A stretch of DNA of 64,000 nucleotides from Auanema rhodensis. Its lineage: Eukaryota; Animalia; Nematoda. Location: positions 23,126,001 through 23,190,000 of the forward strand of contig OZ059895.1 of NCBI GenBank assembly GCA_964057225.1, in the 5' to 3' direction. Made by a program: the position numbers and the translations under genes. Of this stretch, positions 11,001 to 25,978 are shown piece by piece; position 1 is the stretch's first letter, and every line of letters starts with the position of its first letter. The notes under the pieces are model-generated. The model did no database searches. It was not told the DNA's origin and saw only the letters and a list, made by a program, of their open reading frames with translations.

Positions 11001-14000
11001 CGATTTTCACCCTGAAGAATTAATTTTTTCGTTGAATAACAATGTCCATCGTCTTTGCCTTGAAAAAAGGAATCTAAAAACATCTACTTTTTGCTAAATT
11101 ATTTTGAAATTTTTCGAAAAAATTTTTGTCAAAATGTTTTTGGAAGCAATGTTGAGTGTACATGGAAACTCAACATACACTAATGCATCATTTTTCAAAC
11201 GATCATAACTAATTTTTGTATTAAGCGTTTCTCAATGTAGTATAGTGCATTCGATGCGGATTTTGAAGTTGCATCGATCTGTGTTATCAGATTTGCGCTA
11301 GCTTAAAAATGCACCGAGATATCAACTGATATAAGTTCACACTTATATCCTCGATTTTCACCCTGAAGAATCAATTTTTTCGTTGAATAACAATGTCCAT
11401 CGTCTTTGCCTTGGAAAAAGAAATCTAAAAACATCTACTTTTTGCTAAATTATTTTGAAATTTTTCGAAAAAATTTTTGTCAAAATGTTTTTGGAAGCAA
11501 TGTTGAGTGTACATGGAAACTCAACATACACTAATGCATCATTTTTCAAACGATCATAACTAATTTTTGTATTAAGCGTTTCTCAATGTAGTATAGTGCA
11601 TTCGATGCGAATTTTTAAGCTGCGTCGATCTGTTTTATCAGATTTGCGCTAGCTTAAAAATGCACCGAGATATCAACTGATATAAGTTCACACTTATATC
11701 CTCGATTTTCACCCTGAAGAATTAATTTTTTCGTTGAATAACAATGTCTATCGTCTTTGCCTTGAAAAAAGGAATCTAAAAGCATCTACTTTTTGCTAAA
11801 TTATTTCGAAATTTTTCGAAAAAATTTTTGTCAAAATGTTTTTGGAAGCAATGTTGAGTGTACATGGAAACTCAACATACACTAATGCATCATTTTTCAA
11901 ACGATCATAACTAATTTTTGTATTAAGCGTTTGTCAATGTAGTATAGTGCATTCGATGCGGATTTTTAAGCTGCGTCGATCTGTGTTATCAGATTTGCGC
12001 TAGCTTAAAAATGCACCGAGATATCAACTGATATAAGTTCACACTTAGATCCTCGATTTTCACCCTGAAGAATTAATTTTTTCGTTGAATAACAATGTCC
12101 ATCGTCTTTGCCTTGAAAAAACAAATCTAAAAACATCTACTTTTTGCTAAATTATTCTGAAATTTTTCGAAAAAATTTTTGTCAAAATGTTTTTGGAAGC
12201 AATGTTGAGTGTACATGGAAACTCAACATACACTAATGCATCATTTTTCAAACGATCATAACTAATTTTTGTATTAAGCGTTTCTCAATGTAGTATAGTG
12301 CATTCGATGCGGATTTTTAAGCTGCGTCGATCTGTGTTATCAGATTTGCGCTAGCTTAAAAATGCACCGAGATATCAACTGATATAAGTTCACACTTATA
12401 TCCTCGATTTTCACCCTGAAGAATTAATTTTTTCGTTGAATAACATCGTCCATCGTCTTTGCCTTGAAAAAAGGAATCTAAAAACATCTACGTTTTGCTA
12501 AATTATCTTGAAATTTTTCGAAAAAATTTTTGTCAAAATGTTTTTGGAAGCAATGTTGAGTGTACATGGAAACTCAACATACACTAATGCATCATTTTTC
12601 AAACGATCATAACTAATTTTTGTATTAAGCGTTTCTCAATGTAGTATAGTGCATTCGATGCGGATTTTTAAGCTGCGTCGATCTGTGTTATCAGATTTGC
12701 GCTAGCTTAAAAATGCACCGAGATATCAACTGATATATGTTCACACTTATATCCTCGATTTTCACCCTGAAGAATTAATTTTTTCGTTGAATAACAATGT
12801 CCATCGTCTTTGCCTTGAAAAAAGGAATCTAAAAACATTTACTTTTTGCTAAATTATTCCGAAATTTTTCGAAAAAATTTTTGTCAAAATGTTTTTGGAA
12901 GCAATGTTGAGTGTACATGGAAACTCAACATACACTAATGCATCATTTTTCAAACGATCATAACTAATTTTTGTATTAAGCGTTTCTCAATGTAGTATAG
13001 TGCATTCGATGCGGATTTTTAAGCTGCGTCGATCTGTGTTATCAGATTTGCGCTAGCTTAAAAATGCACCGAGATATCAACTGATATATGTTCACACTGA
13101 TATCCTCGATTTTCACCCTGAAGAATTAATTTTTTCGTTGAATAACAATGTTCATCGTCTTTGCCTTGAAAAAAGGAATCTAAAAACATCTACTTTTTGC
13201 TAAATTATTTTGAAATTTTTCGAAAAAATTTTTGTCAAAATGTTTTTGGAAGCAATGTTGAGTGTACATGGAAACTCAACATACACTAATGCATCATTTT
13301 TCAAACGATCATAACTAATTTTTGTATTAAGCGTTTCTCAATGTAGTATAGTGCATTCGATGCGGATTTTGAAGTTGCATCGATCTGTGTTATCAGATTT
13401 GCGCTAGCTTAAAAATGCACCGAGATATCAACTGATATAAGTTCACACTTATATCCTCGATTTTCACCCTGAAGAATTGATTTTTTCGTTGAATAACAAT
13501 GTCCATCGTCTTTGCCTTGAAAAAAGGAATCTAAAAACATCTACGTTTTGCTAAATTATCTTGAAATTTTTCGAAAAAATTTTTGTCAAAATGTTTTTGG
13601 AAGCAATGTTGAGTGTACATGGAAACTCAACATACACTAATGCATCATTTTTCAAACGATCATAACTAATTTTTGTATTAAGCGTTTCTCAATGTAGTAT
13701 AGTGCATTCGATGCGGATTTTTAAGCTGCGTCGATCTGTGTTATCAGATTTGCGCTAGCTTAAAAATGCACCGAGATATCAACTGATATATGTTCACACT
13801 TATATCCTCGATTTTCACCCTGAAGAATTAATTTTTTCGTTGAATAACAATGTCCATCGTCTTTGCCTTGAAAAAAGGAATCTAAAAACATTTACTTTTT
13901 GCTAAATTATTCCGAAATTTTTCGAAAAAATTTTTGTCAAAATGTTTTTGGAAGCAATGTTGAGTGTACATGGAAACTCAACATACACTAATGCATCATT

Positions 14001-15096
14001 TTTCAAACGATCATAACTAATTTTTGTATTAAGCGTTTCTCAATGTAGTATAGTGCATTCGATGCGGATTTTTAAGCTGCGTCGATCTGTGTTATCAGAT
14101 TTGCGCTAGCTTAAAAATGCACCGAGATATCAACTGATATATGTTCACACTGATATCCTCGATTTTCACCCTGAAGAATTAATTTTTTCGTTGAATAACA
14201 ATGTCCATCGTCTTTGCCTTGAAAAAAGGAATCTAAAAACATCTACTTTTTGCTAAATTATTTTGAAATTTTTCGAAAAAATTTTTGTCAAAATGTTTTT
14301 GGAAGCAATGTTGAGTGTACATGGAAACTCAACATACACTAATGCATCATTTTTCAAACGATCATAACTAATTTTTGTATTAAGCGTTTCTCAATGTAGT
14401 ATAGTGCATTCGATGCGGATTTTGAAGTTGCATCGATCTGTGTTATCAGATTTGCGCTAGCTTAAAAATGCACCGAGATATCAACTGATATAAGTTCACA
14501 CTTATATCCTCGATTTTCACCCTGAAGAATCAATTTTTTCGTTGAATAACAATGTCCATCGTCTTTGCCTTGGAAAAAGAAATCTAAAAACATCTACTTT
14601 TTGCTAAATTATTTTGAAATTTTTCGAAAAAATTTTTGTCAAAATGTTTTTGGAAGCAATGTTGAGTGTACATGGAAACTCAACATACACTAATGCATCA
14701 TTTTTCAAACGATCATAACTAATTTTTGTATTAAGCGTTTCTCAATGTAGTATAGTGCATTCGATGCGAATTTTTAAGCTGCGTCGATCTGTTTTATCAG
14801 ATTTGCGCTAGCTTAAAAATGCACCGAGATATCAACTGATATAAGTTCACACTTATATCCTCGATTTTCACCCTGAAGAATTAATTTTTTCGTTGAATAA
14901 CAATGTCTATCGTCTTTGCCTTGAAAAAAGGAATCTAAAAGCATCTACTTTTTGCTAAATTATTTCGAAATTTTTCGAAAAAATTTTTGTCAAAATGTTT
15001 TTGGAAGCAATGTTGAGTGTACATGGAAACTCAACATACACTAATGCATCATTTTTCAAACGATCATAACTAATTTTTGTATTAAGCGTTTCTCAA
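8077..15096. repeat. Higher-order repeat: 9-monomer unit in two copies, the first carrying an extra dimer
   Basis: The same order of marker monomers (acttagatcc; tacgttt+atcttga; aacatttac; cactgata; gattttgaagttg; ... gcgaattt) runs through 8077-11937 (11 monomers) and 11938-15096 (9 monomers). Confidence 0.85.
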
Positions 15097-16851
15097 TGTA
15101 GTATAGTGCATTCGATGCGGATTTTTAAGCTGCATCGATCTGTGTTATCAGATTTGCGCTAGCTTAAAAATGCACCGAGATATCAACTGATATAAGTTCA
15201 CACTTATATCCTCGATTTTCACCCTGAAGAATTAATTTTTTCGTTGAATAACAATGTCCATCGTCTTTGCCTTGAAAAAAGGAATCTAAAAACATTTACT
15301 TTTTGCTAAATTATTCCGAAATTTTTCGAAAAAATTTTTGTCAAAATGTTTTTGGAAGCAATGTTGAGTGTACATGGAAACTCAACATACACTAATGCAT
15401 CATTTTTCAAACGATCATAACTAATTTTTGTATTAAGCGTTTCTCAATGTAGTATAGTGCATTCGATGCGGATTTTTAAGCTGCGTCGATCTGTGTTATC
15501 AGATTTGCGCTAGCTTAAAAATGCACCGAGATATCAACTGATATAAGTTCACACTTAGATCCTCGATTTTCACCCTGAAGAATTAATTTTTTCGTTGAAT
15601 AACAATGTTCATCGTCTTTGCCTTGAAAAAACAAATCTAAAAACATCTACTTTTTGCTAAATTATTCTGAATTTTTTCGAAAAAATTTTTGTCAAAATGT
15701 TTTTGGAAGCAATGTTGAGTGTACATGGAAACTCAACATACACTAATGCATCATTTTTCAAACGATCATAACTAATTTTTGTATTAAGCGTTTCTCAATG
15801 TAGTATAGTGCATTCGATGCGGATTTTTAAGCTGCGTCGATCTGTGTTATCAGATTTGCGCTAGCTTAAAAATGCACCGAGATATCAACTGATATAAGTT
15901 CACACTTATATCCTCGATTTTCACCCTGAAGAATTAATTTTTTCGTTGAATAACATCGTCCATCGTCTTTGCCTTGAAAAAAGGAATCTAAAAACATCTA
16001 CGTTTTGCTAAATTATCTTGAAATTTTTCGAAAAAATTTTTGTCAAAATGTTTTTGGAAGCAATGTTGAGTGTACATGGAAACTCAACATACACTAATGC
16101 ATCATTTTTCAAACGATCATAACTAATTTTTGTATTAAGCGTTTCTCAATGTAGTATAGTGCATTCGATGCGGATTTTTAAGCTGCGTCGATCTGTGTTA
16201 TCAGATTTGCGCTAGCTTAAAAATGCACCGAGATATCAACTGATATATGTTCACACTGATATCCTCGATTTTCACCCTGAAGAATTAATTTTTTCGTTGA
16301 ATAACAATGTCCATCGTCTTTGCCTTGAAAAAAGGAATCTAAAAACATCTACTTTTTGCTAAATTATTTTGAAATTTTTCGAAAAAATTTTTGTCAAAAT
16401 GTTTTTGGAAGCAATGTTGAGTGTACATGGAAACTCAACATACACTAATGCATCATTTTTCAAACGATCATAACTAATTTTTGTATTAAGCGTTTCTCAA
16501 TGTAGTATAGTGCATTCGATGCGGATTTTGAAGTTGCATCGATCTGTGTTATCAGATTTGCGCTAGCTTAAAAATGCACCGAGATATCAACTGATATAAG
16601 TTCACACTTATATCCTCGATTTTCACCCTGAAGAATTAATTTTTTCGTTGAATAACAATGTCCATCGTCTTTGCCTTGAAAAAAGAAATCTAAAAACATC
16701 TACTTTTTGCTAAATTATTTTGAAATTTTTCGAAAAAATTTTTGTCAAAATGTTTTTGGAAGCAATGTTGAGTGTACATGGAAACTCAACATACACTAAT
16801 GCATCATTTTTCAAACGATCATAACTAATTTTTGTATTAAGCGTTTCTCAA

Positions 16852-19800
16852 TGTAGTATAGTGCATTCGATGCGGATTTTTAAGCTGCGTCGATCTGTTT
16901 TATCAGATTTGCGCTAGCTTAAAAATGCACCGAGATATCAACTGATATAAGTTCACACTTATATCCTCGATTTTCACCCTGAAGAATTAATTTTTTCGTT
17001 GAATAACAATGTCTATCGTCTTTGCCTTGAAAAAAGGAATCTAAAAGCATCTACTTTTTGCTAAATTATTTCGAAATTTTTCGAAAAAATTTTTGTCAAA
17101 ATGTTTTTGGAAGCAATGTTGAGTGTACATGGAAACTCAACATACACTAATGCATCATTTTTCAAACGATCATAACTAATTTTTGTATTAAGCGTTTCTC
17201 AATGTAGTATAGTGCATTCGATGCGGATTTTTAAGCTGCATCGATCTGTGTTATCAGATTTGCGCTAGCTTAAAAATGCACCGAGATATCAACTGATATA
17301 AGTTCACACTTATATCCTCGATTTTCACCCTGAAGAATTAATTTTTTCGTTGAATAACAATGTCCATCGTCTTTGCCTTGAAAAAAAAAATCTAAAAACA
17401 TCTACTTTTTGCTAAATTATTTTGAAATTTTTCGAAAAAATTTTTGTCAAAATGTTTTTGGAAGCAATGTTGAGTGTACATGGAAACTCAACATACACTA
17501 ATGCATCATTTTTCAAACGATCATAACTAATTTTTGTATTAAGCGTTTCTCAATGTAGTATAGTGCATTCGATGCAGATTTTTAAGCTGCGTCGATCTGT
17601 GTTATCAGATTTGCGCTAGCTTAAAAATGCACCGAGATATCAACTGATATATGTTCACACTTATATCCTCGATTTTCACCCTGAAGAATTAATTTTTTCG
17701 TTGAATAACAATGTCCATCGTCTTTGCCTTGAAAAAAAAAATCTAAAAACATCTACTTTTTGCTAAATTATTTTGAACTTTTTCGAAAAAATTTTTGTCA
17801 AAATGTTTTTGGAAGCAATGTTGAGTGTACATGGAAACTCAACATACACTAATGCATCATTTTTCAAACGATCATAACTAATTTTTGTATTAAGCGTTTC
17901 TCAATGTAGTATAGTGCATTCGATGCGGATTTTTAAGCTGCGTCGATCTGTTTTATCAGATTTGCGCTAGCTTAAAAATGCACCGAGATATCAACTGATA
18001 TAAGTTCACACTTATATCCTCGATTTTCACCCTGAAGAATTAATTTTTTCGTTGAATAACAATGTCTATCGTCTTCGCCTTGAAAAAAGGAATCTAAAAG
18101 CATCTACTTTTTGCTAAATTATTTCGAAATTTTTCGAAAAAATTTTTGTCAAAATGTTTTTGGAAGCAATGTTGAGTGTACATGGAAACTCAACATACAC
18201 TAATGCATCATTTTTCAAACGATCATAACTAATTTTTGTATTAAGCGTTTCTCAATGTAGTATAGTGCATTCGATGCGGATTTTTAAGCTGCATCGATCT
18301 GTGTTATCAGATTTGCGCTAGCTTAAAAATGCACCGAGATATCAACTGATATAAGTTCACACTTATATCCTCGATTTTCACCCTGAAGAATTAATTTTTT
18401 CGTTGAATAACAATGTCCATCGTCTTTGCCTTGAAAAAAGAAATCTAAAAACATCTACTTTTTGCTAAATTATTTTGAAATTTTTCGAAAAAATTTTTGT
18501 CAAAATGTTTTTGGAAGCAATGTTGAGTGTACATGGAAACTCAACATACACTAATGCATCATTTTTCAAACGATCATAACTAATTTTTGTATTAAGCGTT
18601 TCTCAATGTAGTATAGTGCATTCGATGCAGATTTTTAAGCTGCGTCGATCTGTGTTATCAGATTTGCGCTAGCTTGAAAATGCACCGAGATATCAACTGA
18701 TATATGTTCACACTTATATCCTCGATTTTCACCCTGAAGAATTAATTTTTTCGTTGAATAACAATGTCCATCGTCTTTGCCTTGAAAAAAAAAATCTAAA
18801 AACATCTACTTTTTGCTAAATTATTTTGAACTTTTTCGAAAAAATTTTTGTCAAAATGTTTTTGGAAGCAATGTTGAGTGTACATGGAAACTCAACATAC
18901 ACTAATGCATCATTTTTCAAACGATCATAACTAATTTTTGTATTAAGCGTTTCTCAATGTAGTATAGTGCATTCGATGCGGATTTTTAAGCTGCGTCGAT
19001 CTGTTTTATCAGATTTGCGCTAGCTTAAAAATGCACCGAGATATCAACTGATATAAGTTCACACTTATATCCTCGATTTTCACCCTGAAGAATTAATTTT
19101 TTCGTTGAATAACAATGTCTATCGTCTTCGCCTTGAAAAAAGGAATCTAAAAGCATCTACTTTTTGCTAAATTATTTCGAAATTTTTCGAAAAAATTTTT
19201 GTCAAAATGTTTTTGGAAGCAATGTTGAGTGTACATGGAAACTCAACATACACTAATGCATCATTTTTCAAACGATCATAACTAATTTTTGTATTAAGCG
19301 TTTCTCAATGTAGTATAGTGCATTCGATGCGGATTTTTAAGCTGCATCGATCTGTGTTATCAGATTTGCGCTAGCTTAAAAATGCACCGAGATATCAACT
19401 GATATAAGTTCACACTTATATCCTCGATTTTCACCCTGAAGAATTAATTTTTTCGTTGAATAACAATGTCCATCGTCTTTGCCTTGAAAAAAGAAATCTA
19501 AAAACATCTACTTTTTGCTAAATTATTTTGAAATTTTTCGAAAAAATTTTTGTCAAAATGTTTTTGGAAGCAATGTTGAGTGTACATGGAAACTCAACAT
19601 ACACTAATGCATCATTTTTCAAACGATCATAACTAATTTTTGTATTAAGCGTTTCTCAATGTAGTATAGTGCATTCGATGCGGATTTTTAAGCTGCGTCG
19701 ATCTGTTTTATCAGATTTGCGCTAGCTTAAAAATGCACCGAGATATCAACTGATATAAGTTCACACTTATATCCTCGATTTTCACCCTGAAGAATTAATT

Positions 19801-22116
19801 TTTTCGTTGAATAACAATGTCTATCGTCTTTGCCTTGAAAAAAGGAATCTAAAAGCATCTACTTTTTGCTAAATTATTTCGAAATTTTTCGAAAAAATTT
19901 TTGTCAAAATGTTTTTGGAAGCAATGTTGAGTGTACATGGAAACTCAACATACACTAATGCATCATTTTTCAAACGATCATAACTAATTTTTGTATTAAG
20001 CGTTTCTCAATGTAGTATAGTGCATTCGATGCGGATTTTTAAGCTGCATCGATCTGTGTTATCAGATTTGCGCTAGCTTAAAAATGCACCGAGATATCAA
20101 CTGATATAAGTTCACACTTATATCCTCGATTTTCACCCTGAAGAATTAATTTTTTCGTTGAATAACAATGTCCATCGTCTTTGCCTTGAAAAAAAAAATC
20201 TAAAAACATCTACTTTTTGCTAAATTATTTTGAAATTTTTCGAAAAAATTTTTGTCAAAATGTTTTTGGAAGCAATGTTGAGTGTACATGGAAACTCAAC
20301 ATACACTAATGCATCATTTTTCAAACGATCATAACTAATTTTTGTATTAAGCGTTTCTCAATGTAGTATAGTGCATTCGATGCAGATTTTTAAGCTGCGT
20401 CGATCTGTGTTATCAGATTTGCGCTAGCTTAAAAATGCACCGAGATATCAACTGATATAAGTTCACACTTATATCCTCGATTTTCACCCTGAAGAATTAA
20501 TTTTTTCGTTGAATAACAATGTCCATCGTCTTTGCCTTGAAAAAAGAAATCTAAAAACATCTACTTTTTGCTAAATTATTTTGAAATTTTTCGAAAAAAT
20601 TTTTGTCAAAATGTTTTTGGAAGCAATGTTGAGTGTACATGGAAACTCAACATACACTAATGCATCATTTTTCAAACGATCATAACTAATTTTTGTATTA
20701 AGCGTTTCTCAATGTAGTATAGTGCATTCGATGCAGATTTTTAAGCTGCGTCGATCTGTGTTATCAGATTTGCGCTAGCTTGAAAATGCACCGAGATATC
20801 AACTGATATATGTTCACACTTATATCCTCGATTTTCACCCTGAAGAATTAATTTTTTCGTTGAATAACAATGTCCATCGTCTTTGCCTTGAAAAAAAAAA
20901 TCTAAAAACATCTACTTTTTGCTAAATTATTTTGAACTTTTTCGAAAAAATTTTTGTCAAAATGTTTTTGGAAGCAATGTTGAGTGTACATGGAAACTCA
21001 ACATACACTAATGCATCATTTTTCAAACGATCATAACTAATTTTTGTATTAAGCGTTTCTCAATGTAGTATAGTGCATTCGATGCGGATTTTTAAGCTGC
21101 GTCGATCTGTTTTATCAGATTTGCGCTAGCTTAAAAATGCACCGAGATATCAACTGATATAAGTTCACACTTATATCCTCGATTTTCACCCTGAAGAATT
21201 AATTTTTTCGTTGAATAACAATGTCTATCGTCTTCGCCTTGAAAAAAGGAATCTGAAAGCATCTACTTTTTGCTAAATTATTTCGAAATTTTTCGAAAAA
21301 ATTTTTGTCAAAATGTTTTTGGAAGCAATGTTGAGTGTACATGGAAACTCAACATACACTAATGCATCATTTTTCAAACGATCATAACTAATTTTTGTAT
21401 TAAGCGTTTCTCAATGTAGTATAGTGCATTCGATGCGGATTTTTAAGCTGCATCGATCTGTGTTATCAGATTTGCGCTAGCTTAAAAATGCACCGAGATA
21501 TCAACTGATATAAGTTCACACTTATATCCTCGATTTTCACCCTGAAGAATTAATTTTTTCGTTGAATAACAATGTCCATCGTCTTTGCCTTGAAAAAAGA
21601 AATCTAAAAACATCTACTTTTTGCTAAATTATTTTGAAATTTTTCGAAAAAATTTTTGTCAAAATGTTTTTGGAAGCAATGTTGAGTGTACATGGAAACT
21701 CAACATACACTAATGCATCATTTTTCAAACGATCATAACTAATTTTTGTATTAAGCGTTTCTCAATGTAGTATAGTGCATTCGATGCAGATTTTTAAGCT
21801 GCGTCGATCTGTGTTATCAGATTTGCGCTAGCTTAAAAATGCACCGAGATATCAACTGATATATGTTCACACTTATATCCTCGATTTTCACCCTGAAGAA
21901 TTAATTTTTTCGTTGAATAACAATGTCCATCGTCTTTGCCTTGAAAAAAAAAATCTAAAAACATCTACTTTTTGCTAAATTATTTTGAACTTTTTCGAAA
22001 AAATTTTTGTCAAAATGTTTTTGGAAGCAATGTTGAGTGTACATGGAAACTCAACATACACTAATGCATCATTTTTCAAACGATCATAACTAATTTTTGT
22101 ATTGAGCGTTTCTCAG
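16852..22116. repeat. Higher-order repeat domain: 3-monomer (1053-bp) unit with irregularities
   Basis: The cycle [ctgttttatc+tctatc+aaagcat+tttcga]-[ctgcatcg]-[gatgcaga+ttgaacttt] starts at 16852, 17905 and 21064, with truncated or chimeric cycles between. Confidence 0.8.
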
Positions 22117-25100
22117 TATAGTATAGTGCATTCGATGCAGATTTTTAAGCTGCGTCGATCTGTGTTATCAGATTTGCGCTAGCTTAAAAATGCACCGAGA
22201 TATCAACTGATATATGTTCACACTTATATCCTCGATTTTCACTCTGAAGAATTAATTTTTTTTGTTGAATAACAATGTCCATCGTCTTTGCCTTGAAAAA
22301 AGGAATCTAAAAACATCTACTTTTTGCTAAATTATTCTGAAATTTTTCGAAAAAATTTTTGTCAAAATGTTTTTGGAAGCAATGTTGAGTGTACATGGAA
22401 ACTCAACATACACTAATGCATCATTTTTCAAACGATCATAACTAATTTTTGTATTAAGCGTTTCTCAATGTAGTATAGTGCATTCGATGCGGATTTTTAA
22501 GCTGCGTCGATCTGTGTTATCAGATTTGCGCTAGCTTAAAAATGCACCGAGATATCAACTGATATATGTTCACACTTATATCCTCGATTTTCACCCTGAA
22601 GAATTAATTTTTTCGTTGAATAACAATGTCCATCGTCTTTGCCTTGAAAAAAGGAATCTAAAAACATCTACTTTCTGCTAAATTATTTCGAAATTTTTCG
22701 AAAAAATTTTTGTCAAAATGTTTTTGGAAGCAATGTTGAGTGAACATGGAAACTCAACATACACTAATGCATCATTTTTCAAACGATCATAACTAATTTT
22801 TGTATTAAGCGTTTCTAAATGTAGTATAGTGCATTCGATGCGGATTTTTAAGCTGCATCGATCTGTGTTATCAGATTTGCGCTAGCTTAAAAATGCACCG
22901 AGATATCAACTGATATAAGTTCACACTTATATCCTCGATTTTCACCCTGAAGAATTAATTTTTTCGTTGAATAACAATGTCCATCGTCTTTGCCTTGGAA
23001 AAAGAAATCTAAAAACATCTACTTTTTGCTAAATTATTTTGAAATTTTTCGAAAAAGTTTTTGTCAAAATGTTTTTGGAAGCAATGTTGAGTGTACATGG
23101 AAACTCAACATACACTAATGCATCATTTTTCAAACGATCATAACTAATTTTTGTATTAAGCGTTTCTCAATGTAGTATAGTGCATTCGATGCAGATTTTT
23201 AAGCTGCGTCGATCTGTGTTATCAGATTTGCGCTAGCTTAAAAATGCACCGAGATATCAACTGATATATGTTCACACTTATATCCTCGATTTTCACCCTG
23301 AAGAATTAATTTTTTCGTTGAATAACAATGTCCATCGTCTTTGCCTTGAAAAAAGAAATCTAAAAACATCTACTTTTTGCTAAATTACTTTGAACTTTTT
23401 CGAAAAAATTTTTGTCAAAATGTTTTTGGAAGCAATGTTGAGTGTACATGGAAACTCAACATACACTAATGCATCATTTTTCAAACGATCATAACTAATT
23501 TTTGTATTAAGCGTTTCTCAATGTAGTATAGTGCATTCGATGCGGATTTTTAAGCTGCGTCGATCTGTGTTATCAGATTTGCGCTAGCTTAAAAATGCAC
23601 CGAGATATCAACTGATATATGTTCACACTTATATCCTCGATTTTCACCCTGAAGAATTAATTTTTTCGTTGAATAACAATGTCCATCGTCTTTGCCTTGA
23701 AAGAAGGAATCTAAAAACATCTACTTTTTGCTAAATTATTTCGAAAATTTTCGAAAAAATTTTTGTCAAAATGTTTTTGGAAGCAATGTTGAGTGTACAT
23801 GGAAACTCAACATACACTAATGCATCATTTTTCAAACGATCATAACTAATTTTTGTATTAAGCGTTTCTCAATGTAGTATAGTGCATTCGATGCGGATTT
23901 TTAAGCTGCGTCGATCTGTGTTATCAGATTTGCGCTAGCTTAAAAATGCACCGAGATATCAACTGATATATGTTCACACTTATATCCTCGATTTTCACCC
24001 TGAAGAATTAATTTTTTCGTTGAATAACAATGTCCATCGTCTTTGCCTTGAAAAAAGGAATCTAAAAACATCTACTTTTTGCTAAATTATTTTGAAATTT
24101 TTCGAAAAAATTTTTGTCAAAATGTTTTTGGAAGCAATGTTGAGTGTACATGGAAACTCAACATACACTAATGCATCATTTTTCAAACGATCATAACTAA
24201 TTTTTGTATTAAGCGTTTCTCAATGTAGTATAGTGCATTCGATGCGGATTTTTAAGCTGCGTCGATCTGTTTTATCAGATTTGCGCTAGCTTAAAAATGC
24301 ACCGAAATATCAACTGATATAAGTTCACACATATATCCTCGATTTTCACCCTGAAGAATTAATTTTTTCGTTGAATAGCAATGTCCATCGTCTTTGCCTT
24401 GAAAAAAGGAATCTAAAAACATCTACTATTTGCTAAATTATTTTGAAATTTTTCGAAAAAATTTTTGTCAAAATGTTTTTGGAAGCAATGTTGAGTGTAC
24501 ATGGAAACTCAACATACACTAATGCATCATTTTTCAAACGATCATAACTAATTTTTGTATTAAGCGTTTCTCAATGTAGTATAGTGCATTCGATGCGGAT
24601 TTTTAAGCTGCGTCGATCTGTGTTATCAGATTTGCGCTAGCTTAAAAATGCACCGAGATATCAACTGATATATGTTCACACTTATATCCTCGATTTTCAC
24701 CCTGAAGAATTAATTTTTTCGTTGAATAACAATGTCCATCGTCTTTGCCTTGAAAAAAGGAATCTAAAAACATCTACTTTTTGCTAAATTATTTTGAAAT
24801 TTTTCGAAAAAATTTTTGTCAAAATGTTTTTGGAAGCAATGTTGAGTGTACATGGAAACTCAACATACACTAATGCATCATTTTTCAAACGATCATAACT
24901 AATTTTTGTATTAAGCGTTTCTCAATGTAGTATAGTGCATTCGATGCGGATTTTTAAGCTGCGTCGATCTGTGTTATCAGATTTGCGCTAGCTTAAAAAT
25001 GCACCGAGATATCAACTGATATATGTTCACACTTATATCCTCGATTTTCACCCTGAAGAATTAATTTTTTCGTTGAATAACAATGTCCATCGTCTTTGCC

Positions 25101-25978
25101 TTGAAAAAAGGAATCTAAAAACATCTACTTTTTGCTAAATTATTTTGAAATTTTTCGAAAAAATTTTTGTCAAAATGTTTTTGGAAGCAATGTTGAGTGT
25201 ACATGGAAACTCAACATACACTAATGCATCATTTTTCAAACGATCAAAACTAATTTTTGTATTAAGCGTTTCTCAATGTAGTATAGTGCATTCGATGCGG
25301 ATTTTTAAGCTGCATCGATCTGTGTTATCAGATTTGCGCTAGCTTAAAAATGCACCAAAATATCAACTGATATAAGTTCACACATATATCCTCGATTTTC
25401 ACCCTGAAGAATTAATTTTTTCGTTGAATAGCAATGTCCATCGTCTTTGCCTTGAAAAAAGGAATCTAAAAACATCTACTATTTGCTAAATTATTTTGAA
25501 ATTTTTCGAAAAAATTTTTGTCAAAATGTTTTTGGAAGCAATGTTGAGTGTACATGGAAACTCAACATACACTAATGCATCATTTTTCAAACGATCATAA
25601 CTAATTTTTGTATTAAGCGTTTCTCAATGTAGTATAGTGCATTCGATGCGGATTTTTAAGCTGCGTCGATCTGTGTTATCAGATTTGCGCTAGCTTAAAA
25701 ATGCACCGAGATATCAACTGATATATGTTCACACTTATATCCTCGATTTTCACCCTGAAGAATTAATTTTTTCGTTGAATAACAATGTCCATCGTCTTTG
25801 CCTTGAAAAAAGGAATCTAAAAACATCTACTTTTTGCTAAATTATTTTGAAATTTTTCGAAAAAATTTTTGTCAAAATGTTTTTGGAAGCAATGTTGAGT
25901 GTACATGGAAACTCAACATACACTAATGCATCATTTTTCAAACGATCAAAACTAATTTTTGTATTAAGCGTTTCTCAA

